This document shows, piece by piece, positions 1 to 9,219 of a stretch of DNA of 43,444 nt. This stretch comes from Vulcanimicrobiota bacterium (GTDB lineage Bacteria; Vulcanimicrobiota; Vulcanimicrobiia; Vulcanimicrobiales; Vulcanimicrobiaceae), in NCBI GenBank assembly GCA_019233415.1, contig JAFAMK010000023.1:1-43444 (forward strand). Direction: 5' to 3'. The position numbers and the translations under genes are program-made. Under the pieces are notes generated by a model. That model was given only the letters and a program-made list of their open reading frames with translations, was not told where the DNA came from and made no database searches. The stretch's first letter is position 1; each line of letters opens with the position of its first letter.

Positions 1-588
1 ACGCAAGCGATCCTGCCGCTGCGCGGCAAGATCCTCAACGTCGAGAAGGCGCGGCTCGACAAGATGCTCTCGAACGAAGAGATTCGGACGATGATCACCG
101 CGCTCGGCACCGGCTTCGGCGACGAGTTCAACGCCGACAAGCTGCGCTACCACAAGATCATCATCATGACCGACGCCGACGTCGACGGCTCCCACATCCG
201 CACGCTGCTGCTGACGTTCTTCTACCGGCAGATGCGCCAGCTCGTCGAGCGCGGCTACGTCTACATCGCGCAACCGCCGCTCTACGGGGCGAAGAAGGGG
301 AAGCGCCAGGAGTGGGCCTACAGCGAGGCCGACCTCGAGCGCATCTTCGATGGCGCCGACCCCAAAGAGTGGACGGTGCAGCAGTTCAAGGGGCTCGGCG
401 AGATGGACGCCGAGCAGCTCGCCGACACGACGATGGATCCCGACAAGCGGCGCATGAAGCAAGTCACGCTCGAGGAAGCCTCGGAGGAGGCCGAGCGGAT
501 GTTCACGACGCTGATGGGCGACAAGGTCGAACCGCGCAAACTGTTCATCCAAGAGTTCGCCCGCACCGTCCGCAACCTCGATTTGTAG
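1..588 (+). CDS. gyrB: DNA gyrase subunit B, C-terminal part (5' truncated by window)
   Basis: Frame open from base 1: [48 protein letters not shown], ending in RNLDL. Short form lacking the proteobacterial insertion. A ParE-type paralogue cannot be fully excluded. Confidence 0.92.
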   Translation, partial: TQAILPLRGKILNVEKARLDKMLSNEEIRTMITALGTGFGDEFNADKLRYHKIIIMTDADVDGSHIRTLLLTFFYRQMRQLVERGYVYIAQPPLYGAKKGKRQEWAYSEADLERIFDGADPKEWTVQQFKGLGEMDAEQLADTTMDPDKRRMKQVTLEEASEEAERMFTTLMGDKVEPRKLFIQEFARTVRNLDL

Positions 589-608
589 GGCTCCGCACAG
601 CGGAGCCC
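588..608 (+). terminator. Hairpin directly after the gyrB stop
   Basis: Perfect 9-bp stem GGGCTCCGC-ACA-GCGGAGCCC; no U-tract. Confidence 0.5.
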
Positions 609-664
609 CGCGTTCGCCTGCGGCTCACGTGATGTTCAGAGGGATTTCCCAGCCCGGGTGCCTA

Positions 665-693
665 GGGAACCTCCGGACGGGGCGGTGCGTGTT
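665..693 (+). promoter_or_regulatory. Possible ECF-sigma promoter upstream of tamB
   Basis: GGGAAC-N17-CGTG, a near match to the motif upstream of bamA. Confidence 0.3.
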
Positions 694-726
694 TGTAACG
701 ATGGCCGCTCGGGGATTTAGGAAGCG

Positions 727-3700
727 GTGTTTGGCGTGAGGGCGTCGCGTCGTGCGGTGGTCGTTGCTGCATCGGTCGCGGCGCTGCTCGTCGTGCTGAT
801 CGCGGCGCGCCACGTCATCGAGCGCGGGATCATCCAGCTCGTGCTCTCCTCGGCGACGGGCTACCAGATCACGTTCGGCTCGCAGAAGCTGGGGACGCGC
901 CATGCGGCGTTCTTCGACGTCCACGTCGTCAAGAACGGCGACCCGGTGCTGGACGCGCAGCGCGTCGACCTCGAGTACGCGCTGCGCGACATCTTCCCCG
1001 GCGGCGAGCACCGCTTCGGGTTCGTCTCGATCTCGGCCCAGAAGCCGGTCCTCACCATCACCCGCCACGCCGACGGGACGCTGACGTTCAACCGCACCGG
1101 CGGGACGCCGGGGACGCCGCCGGCGCCGACGCGCAGGGCCGCCGCACCGTACTACTTCACCGCGCGCATCCGCGACGGGGTGATCCGGCTCGTCGATGCC
1201 GCGCCGCTGCAGCCCGACCTCGGGAACCAGGCGATCGAGGACGTCTCGATCGACGCCTCGGTCAAGTCGGACGCGCGCACGACGGCGCAGCTCTCCGGCG
1301 TCCTGCTCGGCCGGCGCGCGCAGGGCGCGCCGGTCGGCCGCTACCCGATCCGCGGGCACAGCGTGATCGACGTCGACCGCGGGATCGCGCTCAACACGAT
1401 ACGCGCGCGGTCGCTCCCGCTGCGCGGCGCGCTCGGGTTCTTCCTCCACACGAAGGCGATCCGCTTCGACGACGGGCTCCTCGACGACGTCGACCTGCGC
1501 TACTACGCGCTCGCGCCGAAGGCCGGGCAAGACTTCGTCTTCCGGCTCGGCGGCCACGCGCAGCTGCAGGACGGGCGGATCACGGTCGGCGCGCTCGCCA
1601 AGCCCGTGCGCGACCTACGCGCGCCGATCACCATCGCCGGGGACCTCGTCGCGGCGAAGCCGGTCGAGGCGACGGTCGCCGGGATTCCGGTGCGCGGCGG
1701 CGGCGCGATGTACGACCTGTTCGGGAACCCGGCGTTCCGGCTCGGCTTCGCCGCCGACGCCGACCTGCACGACCTGCGCGCGCTGTTCACGTTCATCGCG
1801 CAGCAGCCGCTGCGTGGCCGCGCGCACTTCGAGACGCTGCTGACCTCGACGATCGCGCAGCCGCTGATCCATACCTGGATCGAAGCGCCGCAGCTCGCCT
1901 ACGACCGCTATCCGTTCGAGAAGCTCAGCGGGGTCGTCGACTACTACGCCGGCGCGGTGAGCGTCGGCGCGGTGAACGCGCAGTACGGCGCGGCGCAGAT
2001 GCACCTCGGCGGCCGCGTCGTCATCGGCGGCGACGGCGACGACGTGGCGTTCGCGTTCGACGCGCGCGGCCCAGGGCGCGAGCTGCCGTACACCGACGTC
2101 GTCGCGCCCGACGCGTCGCTGACCGCGGACGCGCTGATCACGCAGCCGCCAGGCGGGAAGTTCAGCGCACGCGGGACGCTCGCGCTGACCGGCCCGACCA
2201 GCGGCGCGGGGACGTTCGCGGTCGATCCGCAGGGCGTCGGCGAGTTCGGGCCGTTCCGCTTCGCGCGCGCCGGCGGCGGCGCGCTGGCCGGCGGCTTCGA
2301 GCTGCAGCGGCCGATCTCGCAGAGCGCGGGCTGGCTGCACGCGGACCGCTTCCCGCTCGCCGCGGTGCGGACGGCGGCGACGATGCCGGGCGCGGTCATC
2401 CCCGCGTTCCCGCCGATCTCGGGGACGATCGACGGTGACTTCGCGGGCGGCGGGACGCCGGACGCCTTCGGGCTGGCCGGGACCTTCCGGGCCCAGGGGC
2501 TGCACTACCAGGACTACGCGCTCGGCGACGGGAGCGTGCGGCTTGCCGGGACGCTGCGCGACCTGCGGCTCGCGTCGATCGACCTGCGCGGGCCGCTCGG
2601 CACCTTCCAGGGCGACGGCGCGTTCAGCGGCGGAACCTTCGCGCTCCAGGGCAACTACGACGGCGCGCTCGAGGACCTGCGGCCGTTCACCGGCGATGCG
2701 GGCGCGCACGGGCCGGTCCACGGCCCCGTCCGCGCCGTGATCGGCCCGAACGGCATCGCCGTGCAGACGACCGGGGCGAATTTGGCCGGCGCGGCGGTGC
2801 GCGGCGTCCCGGTCGACCGCGTCGCAGGCACGCTGCTGGTCCAGGACAAGGGCCTGCGCATCGTCGCCGCCGACGGCACGGTCGGCGGCGGGCGCGCGGT
2901 CGCCGCCGACGCCGGCGGACCGTTCCTCGTCTCGGCGCCCGACATCCCGGTCGCCGCGCTGCGCGGGGCCGGGCTGCCGCTCCAGGGCGGGAGTCTCTCG
3001 CTGTTCGGCCAGGCCGACCTGCGCGGGAAGACGCCGGCCTTCGACGGGCTCGTGACGCTCGACGACGGGCGCGCCGCCGGTTACCCGGTCAGCGGCGGCG
3101 TCGACCTGGACCTCGCCGGCGGGACGGCGCGCATCCGGCGCGGGATCGCCGCGCTGGGCACGACCTATGGCACCTTCGCCGGCGCGGTCGACGGCATCGG
3201 CACGAGCGGCCGCAACACGCTGGCCTACGACTTGAACGCGAGCGTCCCCATCGGCGACCTCGGCGAGATGCGGCAAGCGCTGCACCTGCCGCTCCGCACG
3301 CTCGAGGGCAGCTTCTCGGCGCAGCTGCGCGTGCGCGGCAACGGCGCGCAGCCGCGCCTCGCCGGCGACGTCGCGATCCCGGAAGGCTCGTACAACGGGC
3401 TCGCGTTCCGCGACGCGAGCGCGGGATTGGTGCTCGGTGCGGCGTCGCTCGCGGCGCAGCATGCGCACGTGACCGTCGGCTCGACGCGCGCGCAGGTCGA
3501 CGCGGCGCTCTCGCTCGCCGGCGGCGGCTTCGACGTCGCGGTGCACAGTGCGAACGCGAACCTGGCCGACTTCGACGACTACTTCGACGAAGGCGAGACG
3601 CTCGACGGGCGCGGCAACATCGCGCTCGCGTTCGCGAACGACGGAACCACGACGCGCACGACCGGCCGCGTCGACCTGGCCGACTTCCGCTACCGGCGCT

Positions 3701-5988
3701 TCGCGTTCGGCACGACCGACGCGACCTGGTCGGAGCGCGGCGGCACCGTCGCGGCGGCGCTCGGCGTGCGCGGCGTGCGCGGCTCGCTGAGCGCGAACGG
3801 GACGATCGTTCCGGCGAACGGCGGTCCGGTCGCGGCGTTCCAGCGCGCGACATACAACGCGCACGTGCAGGCGCACGGCGTCGACCTCGGCACGTGGCTG
3901 CCGCCGTTCGGAATCACCGCGCCGGTCCTCGGGCAAGTCGACGTGCGCGGCGAGGTGGCCGGGCGCTGGCCGCGGCTCGGTCTGAGCGGCGACGCGTCGG
4001 TCGCGAACGGCTCGCTCTACGGCTACGCGGTGCGCGAGGCGCGCGTGCACGCGAGCAGCGACGGCGCGCGGCTTGCGTTCTCGGGCGGCGTGCTCGACTT
4101 CGGCTTCGCGCGCTTCGACGCGAGCGGCTCGACCGGATTCGACCCGGCCGAACCGATCGCGCTCGCGATCCACGGGCAGTCGCCCGACATCGCGAAGACC
4201 CTCGCGACGCTGCTGCCGAAGGGACCGCACTACGACGTCGGCGGCGCGATCCAAGCCGACGCGCGCATCGGCGGCACGCTGCGCGCGCCGCGCGCCAACG
4301 TCGGGTTCGAATTGACCGGTGCGCGCTACGCGTCGCTGGCGATCCCGCGCGTCCTCGGCAGCGTCGCGTACGACGGGCGCACGCTGACCGTCAACGACGC
4401 GGAAGCGACGTTCGCGAAGGGCGACGTGCTGATCGCGGGCTCGCTCCCGCTCACGCTGCAGCCGCTCGGCGTCGTTCCGGACAAACCGTTCTCGTTCACG
4501 CTCGGGCTGACGTCGCTCGATCTTGCACCGTTCGCGCCATTCGTTCCCGGACCGCAGACGAAATTGGGCGGGACGGTCGACGGCCGGCTCGCGATCGAAG
4601 GCACGGAGCGCGCGCCGCGCGTGATCGGGAACGTCGGTATCGCGAACGGCTCATACGTCTCGGCGCTCGACCGCGCGGGGATCAGCAAAGCCAACGCGCA
4701 GCTCGCGTTCACCGGCACCAGCGTCGCGCTGCAGGCGCTCAAGGCGAACCTCGGCAGCGGCACGCTCGACGGCAGCGGGCTGCTCGACCTTCCGTTCGCG
4801 CCGACGCAGCGCAACTACGCGATCGACCTCAACGCGCACGGCGCGCGCGTCGACTCGCCGCAGTACGGCAGCGGCACGATCGACGGGACGATGCAGCTAC
4901 GCAGCGGCGCGCCGATGCCCGTGCTCTCCGGCGACGTCGCCGTGACGAACGCGTCGATCCCGATCCTGTCGATCTACCGCAGCGCGAGCGGCGGCGGCAA
5001 CGGCAACGGCGCAGCGCAAGGCGGGCCGCCGTTCAACGTCGCGTTCGACATGACCGCGCACGCCGGCCGGAACGTGCGCGTGCAGGCGTCCTCACCGTAC
5101 ATCGACATCGGCACGACCGGGACGCTGCAGATCGGCGGCACGCTGACCTCGCCGAAGCTCGCGGGAACGCTGATCGCGACGCCGGGTGGCGTCTTCTCGA
5201 CCTACAACCGCGCGTTCCGCGTGCAGCAGGCCGCGGTCTCGTTCGATCCGGCGAACGGCGTGCTGCCGTACATCGACTTGCGCGCGTACGCGCACGTGAC
5301 GAACCCCGATCCCGACCCGAACCGCAACGCGGTCGGGAGCGCCGACATCACGGTGATCGTGCAAGGCCCGGCCGACGAGCTCGCGTCAGGAACGGGCGCG
5401 GGGATCACCTACTCGTCGAGCCCGCCGTACTCGCAGGAGCAGATCATCGGGCTGCTGCTCGACGCGTCGGTCTTCGGCGCGGTGAACTTCGACTCGCAGC
5501 AGGCCGGTGCGACGCTGCGCGGTGCGCCGGGCGAATCGAACCCGCTGCTGCCGCCCGGCGTCACGCCGTACCAGAGCGGGACGATCACGTTCAGCCAAGA
5601 GGCGTTCTCGGTCCTCAACGGTCAGCTCACGCAGCGTTTTCTCGCGCCGATCGAACGCGTGCTGATCGGCAACCTCGGGGTGACCGACTTCGAGATCACC
5701 GTCGACTACGGCGGCGGCCTCGGCTACAACGTGCTCAAGCAGATCGGGAAGCGCGACATCTACGCGAGCTTCGGGCAGACGCTCGGGAACCCGCTGCGCA
5801 CGACCGGCGGCTTCACCGCGCGCCCGGACGCGGTGACGTCGATCCAGTTCAACTACTTCACGCAGAACGGAAACCCGACGATCCTGACCAACACGAACGG
5901 CCTGTTCGGGACGCAGAAGGTGCGGGGGATCGAGCCGCTCTCGAACCGGCAAGGATTCACCTTCACGATCGTGCGGAAATACCCCTGA
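727..5988 (+). CDS. tamB: Translocation/assembly module TamB (AsmA-like, DUF490 C-terminus)
   Basis: 1753 aa with an N-terminal TM anchor, a long Gly-rich beta-taco-like body, a DUF490-like C-terminus (YSSSPPYSQEQIIGLL), and a position directly upstream of an Omp85 gene. Confidence 0.82.
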   Translation: MFGVRASRRAVVVAASVAALLVVLIAARHVIERGIIQLVLSSATGYQITFGSQKLGTRHAAFFDVHVVKNGDPVLDAQRVDLEYALRDIFPGGEHRFGFVSISAQKPVLTITRHADGTLTFNRTGGTPGTPPAPTRRAAAPYYFTARIRDGVIRLVDAAPLQPDLGNQAIEDVSIDASVKSDARTTAQLSGVLLGRRAQGAPVGRYPIRGHSVIDVDRGIALNTIRARSLPLRGALGFFLHTKAIRFDDGLLDDVDLRYYALAPKAGQDFVFRLGGHAQLQDGRITVGALAKPVRDLRAPITIAGDLVAAKPVEATVAGIPVRGGGAMYDLFGNPAFRLGFAADADLHDLRALFTFIAQQPLRGRAHFETLLTSTIAQPLIHTWIEAPQLAYDRYPFEKLSGVVDYYAGAVSVGAVNAQYGAAQMHLGGRVVIGGDGDDVAFAFDARGPGRELPYTDVVAPDASLTADALITQPPGGKFSARGTLALTGPTSGAGTFAVDPQGVGEFGPFRFARAGGGALAGGFELQRPISQSAGWLHADRFPLAAVRTAATMPGAVIPAFPPISGTIDGDFAGGGTPDAFGLAGTFRAQGLHYQDYALGDGSVRLAGTLRDLRLASIDLRGPLGTFQGDGAFSGGTFALQGNYDGALEDLRPFTGDAGAHGPVHGPVRAVIGPNGIAVQTTGANLAGAAVRGVPVDRVAGTLLVQDKGLRIVAADGTVGGGRAVAADAGGPFLVSAPDIPVAALRGAGLPLQGGSLSLFGQADLRGKTPAFDGLVTLDDGRAAGYPVSGGVDLDLAGGTARIRRGIAALGTTYGTFAGAVDGIGTSGRNTLAYDLNASVPIGDLGEMRQALHLPLRTLEGSFSAQLRVRGNGAQPRLAGDVAIPEGSYNGLAFRDASAGLVLGAASLAAQHAHVTVGSTRAQVDAALSLAGGGFDVAVHSANANLADFDDYFDEGETLDGRGNIALAFANDGTTTRTTGRVDLADFRYRRFAFGTTDATWSERGGTVAAALGVRGVRGSLSANGTIVPANGGPVAAFQRATYNAHVQAHGVDLGTWLPPFGITAPVLGQVDVRGEVAGRWPRLGLSGDASVANGSLYGYAVREARVHASSDGARLAFSGGVLDFGFARFDASGSTGFDPAEPIALAIHGQSPDIAKTLATLLPKGPHYDVGGAIQADARIGGTLRAPRANVGFELTGARYASLAIPRVLGSVAYDGRTLTVNDAEATFAKGDVLIAGSLPLTLQPLGVVPDKPFSFTLGLTSLDLAPFAPFVPGPQTKLGGTVDGRLAIEGTERAPRVIGNVGIANGSYVSALDRAGISKANAQLAFTGTSVALQALKANLGSGTLDGSGLLDLPFAPTQRNYAIDLNAHGARVDSPQYGSGTIDGTMQLRSGAPMPVLSGDVAVTNASIPILSIYRSASGGGNGNGAAQGGPPFNVAFDMTAHAGRNVRVQASSPYIDIGTTGTLQIGGTLTSPKLAGTLIATPGGVFSTYNRAFRVQQAAVSFDPANGVLPYIDLRAYAHVTNPDPDPNRNAVGSADITVIVQGPADELASGTGAGITYSSSPPYSQEQIIGLLLDASVFGAVNFDSQQAGATLRGAPGESNPLLPPGVTPYQSGTITFSQEAFSVLNGQLTQRFLAPIERVLIGNLGVTDFEITVDYGGGLGYNVLKQIGKRDIYASFGQTLGNPLRTTGGFTARPDAVTSIQFNYFTQNGNPTILTNTNGLFGTQKVRGIEPLSNRQGFTFTIVRKYP

Positions 5989-6037
5989 GACCAGAATGAG
6001 AGGCCCTCACGACGGTACGTCGTACCCTCCGGAGCGC

Positions 6038-6065
6038 GGGAACGCCGCCCCCCTCGCGAGCGTTA
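6038..6065 (+). promoter_or_regulatory. Putative ECF-sigma promoter upstream of bamA
   Basis: GGGAAC-N17-CGTTA, matching the GGAAY-N17-CGTT ECF promoter pattern, about 70 nt upstream of the likely bamA start. Confidence 0.45.
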
Positions 6066-6133
6066 CAACCGCATTAGAAACCCGTCGACCGACCGGCCGC
6101 GGGTTCCCCCACGTGACGAAGGACGTCTGCCCC

Positions 6134-8407
6134 TTGTTCGAACGGCTCCGCCGCACGCCGCGCATCGCGCTCGCCGTGCTCGCGTTCCTCGGTCTGGTGA
6201 TGCCCCCGGCGTTCGGGGCGCCGGCCGTCCCCACCGTCGTCTCGGTCGCGGTCACCGGGAACGCGCACATCCCAACGGACCGGATCCTCGCGGTGGTCAA
6301 GACCAAGGTCGGCGATCCGTTCGACCCGGCCGTCGTCCAGCAAGACTTGCGGTCGATCGCCGATCTCGGGTTCTTCGCGGACCAGGCGCCCCCGATCATC
6401 AAGCAGCGCCCCGACGGCGTCGCGGTGACCTTCCGCGTCATCGAGAACCCGGTCGTCACGTCGATCCGGTTCGACGGCAACAAGAGCGTCTCGGCCGACA
6501 CGCTTCTGGCGCTGATGGACACTGCCCCGGGCCAGGTCTTCAACATCAAGACGTACCAGCAAGACGTCCTGAAGATCAATAGCTACTACGACAAGATCGG
6601 CTTCGGCGGGCAGCTCCCCTCGCACGTCACCGACGTCAACATCAGCCCCGACGGCGTCCTGACCCTGAAGATTCAGGAAGGGCTGACGGTCCGCAACATC
6701 ATCATCACGCCGCCGCCCGACGCCGACCCGCTGCTTCCGCCGAACCTCCTGATCGGCGCGCTGGTCACGAAGCCCGGCAGCCCGTACTCCGAGGCGCAGC
6801 GCGACAAGGACTACGACGCGCTCAAGGCCCTCTACGAGAAGTACGACCTCAAGCTGGGCGACGTCGAGGCCGGCGTCGACCCGACGACGATCGACCAGAA
6901 GGCCGGGACCGCCGACGTCCGCTACACGATCAGCGTCCTGCGCGTCGGCGCGGTCGAGATCACCGGCAACACGAAGACCCACGACGACGTGATCCGGCGC
7001 GAGCTGCGGCTGAAGCCCGGCAGCGTCGTGACGGACTCGGGGCTGCGCCGCGACTACGACCGGCTCAACAACCTGGGCTTCTTCGAGAAGATCGACTTCC
7101 AGGCCAAGCCCGGCCCCGATCCCAAGCGCCCCGGCCTCGTCACGCTGAACTGGCAGGTCAAGGAGCAGCGCACGGGTACCGCGACCCTCGGCGCCGGCTA
7201 TTCGGGCGGTCTGACCGGGACCGGCCTCACCGGCACGCTGTCGTACCAGGAAAACAACATCAACGGCACCGGCAACGGCGCCTCGATCCGGCTCGAGCGC
7301 GGCTCGCGCGTCAGCGACGCGCAGCTCTCGGCGACGGTCCCGTACCTCGGCAAGACCGAGAAATCGCAGAAGTACAGCCTGGGCGCGACGCTGTTCACGA
7401 CCCAGCAGACCAACTACTATCCGGTCTACGCCGCGTGCGGAACGACGACGACCTCGTCGTGCCCGAGCACCGGCCCGATCCCCGTCTCGCTGATCCCGCA
7501 GGACGCGACGAGCCTGGCGGTCGTCAACGGGATCGTCTCGACCTACAAGTCCCGCTCGACCGGCGCGTCGGTGACGATCGGCCGGCGGCTGACCGACATC
7601 TACCGCATCTCGGCCGGTGCGAACGTCCAGACCGTGGCGGCGTCGGCCGACCTCCCGAGCGGCTACTTCTTCCCGAACGCCTCCGCCTCGAGCGTCGTCT
7701 CGCCGACCTGCACCACCGGCTCGTCGCTCTTCAACCAGAGCACGTGCAATACGCTGAACAACGCCCTCGGCGTGTCGGCGCCCTCGATCGCTACAATCGA
7801 TTCCAGCCACCCGTACAAGGTGCGCAGCTTCGTGTTCGGTGCGGGCGCCGACTCGCGCGACGACGTCTTCAACCCGCGCCGCGGCGTCAACATCACCGTC
7901 CAGGACGAAGTCAGCAGCCACTCCTTCGGCTCCGATTTCAACTACAACCTGATCACGCTGGACGGGGCGAAGTTCTTCCCGATCCTCAAGAACGCGACGC
8001 TCGGGTTCCACGGCCGCGCCGGGATCTCGACCGGGGCGCTCCCGACCAACAAGCTGTTCATCTTCTCGGACCAGGACTTGCGCGGGTATTCCGACCCGTT
8101 CTACGGAACCGACATCCTGCTGGGGCAGATGGAGCTCCGCGTCCCGCTCACGACGGATCGGAAGTTCGCCGTGGTCGGGTTCGTCGAGAGCGGCGGTACG
8201 CGCATCCGCGGCGGCACGTCGGTGCAGACCGACGCGTCGGGGATGACGACCACCACCTTCGACCTCAACCGGTATACCTTCCACGGCGACGTGGGCGTCG
8301 GGCTGCGGTTCGACGTTCCGCAGCTCGGGCTCAAGACGATCCGGCTCGATTTCGCGAAGGGAAGCAACGGTACGCACACGTCGTTCGGAATCGGACAGAG
8401 CTTCTAG
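6134..8407 (+). CDS. bamA: Outer membrane protein assembly factor BamA (Omp85)
   Basis: Signal peptide, POTRA repeats (VTGNAHI, FDGNKSV, ITGNTKTHDDVIRREL), barrel motif DLRGY and C-terminal FGIGQSF. Start placed at TTG 6134 after AAGGA; the ORF track start at 5996 is probably too long. Confidence 0.9.
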   Translation: MFERLRRTPRIALAVLAFLGLVMPPAFGAPAVPTVVSVAVTGNAHIPTDRILAVVKTKVGDPFDPAVVQQDLRSIADLGFFADQAPPIIKQRPDGVAVTFRVIENPVVTSIRFDGNKSVSADTLLALMDTAPGQVFNIKTYQQDVLKINSYYDKIGFGGQLPSHVTDVNISPDGVLTLKIQEGLTVRNIIITPPPDADPLLPPNLLIGALVTKPGSPYSEAQRDKDYDALKALYEKYDLKLGDVEAGVDPTTIDQKAGTADVRYTISVLRVGAVEITGNTKTHDDVIRRELRLKPGSVVTDSGLRRDYDRLNNLGFFEKIDFQAKPGPDPKRPGLVTLNWQVKEQRTGTATLGAGYSGGLTGTGLTGTLSYQENNINGTGNGASIRLERGSRVSDAQLSATVPYLGKTEKSQKYSLGATLFTTQQTNYYPVYAACGTTTTSSCPSTGPIPVSLIPQDATSLAVVNGIVSTYKSRSTGASVTIGRRLTDIYRISAGANVQTVAASADLPSGYFFPNASASSVVSPTCTTGSSLFNQSTCNTLNNALGVSAPSIATIDSSHPYKVRSFVFGAGADSRDDVFNPRRGVNITVQDEVSSHSFGSDFNYNLITLDGAKFFPILKNATLGFHGRAGISTGALPTNKLFIFSDQDLRGYSDPFYGTDILLGQMELRVPLTTDRKFAVVGFVESGGTRIRGGTSVQTDASGMTTTTFDLNRYTFHGDVGVGLRFDVPQLGLKTIRLDFAKGSNGTHTSFGIGQSF

Positions 8408-8409
8408 GA

Positions 8410-9219
8410 ATGCAGAACCCCTTCACGCGCGGCCGCAGCGCCGCGCTCGCCTTCGCCCTCGGTGCCGCGCTCGTCGCGGCGCCCGCGATCGGCGCAACCG
8501 ACGTTACGGACATCGGCTCGCTCGACCAGACCGCCCTCGCGTCGCTGCCGTCGTTTCAGGCCGCGAGCAGGCAGCTCAACGACTACGGGGTGTCGTTGCA
8601 GCGGCAGTACACGGCGCGCGCGGCGCACGCGTCGCAGGCGACGCAGCAGCGGCTCGCTGCCGAGTTCCAGGGCAAGATGGCCGACAAGCAGCGCTCGCTG
8701 TTCGGCCCGCTCTTCGCGAAGGCCGAGGTCGCGATCGCGTCGGTCGCGTCCTCGAAGAACCTTTCGGTCGTGATCGACAAGCGGATCGTCGTGTTCGGCG
8801 GCCAGGACATCACCGGGAACGTGCGCGACCTGCTCAACAGCGTCAGCGATCCGGTTCCGCCGGTCTCGACGCCGCCGCCGTCCAAGGTCGGCTTCGTCGA
8901 TCAACAGGCGCTCGACCAGGCGCCGAAGATCAAAGCCGCCGCCGACGACTTCCTGAAGTTCAAGGCCGCGCAGGACAAGATCGCCGGCGACAAGCTGAAA
9001 GCCGCCAAGACCGACGCCGACCGCGATGCGATCGTCAAAGACTATCGCAAGACGCTCGACGACCACCAGAACCAGGTCCTCAAGCCGGTCGCCGACGCCA
9101 AGAGCAAGGCGATCTCCGACGCAGCCAAGGCGAGGGGTCTCGTCCTCGTCGTCGACAAGGGCAACATCGTCTTCGGCGGGACCGACATCACCAAAGACGT
9201 CGCCGACAAGCTGAAGTGA
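8410..9219 (+). CDS. Skp/OmpH chaperone with tandem duplicated OmpH domains
   Basis: ATG at 8410. Signal peptide followed by two OmpH units, each ending in V(I/V)DK..(I/V)VFGG.DIT and separated by a Pro linker. Confidence 0.8.
   Translation: MQNPFTRGRSAALAFALGAALVAAPAIGATDVTDIGSLDQTALASLPSFQAASRQLNDYGVSLQRQYTARAAHASQATQQRLAAEFQGKMADKQRSLFGPLFAKAEVAIASVASSKNLSVVIDKRIVVFGGQDITGNVRDLLNSVSDPVPPVSTPPPSKVGFVDQQALDQAPKIKAAADDFLKFKAAQDKIAGDKLKAAKTDADRDAIVKDYRKTLDDHQNQVLKPVADAKSKAISDAAKARGLVLVVDKGNIVFGGTDITKDVADKLK

Noticed and set aside
1615-4254. Long antisense and alternate-frame ORFs (e.g. 1615-4254, 6074-8377, 22048-23829, 30193-32676, 40732-42747)
   Set aside because: They are Arg/Ala-rich shadow frames of well-supported genes, as expected in high-GC DNA, and show no motifs.
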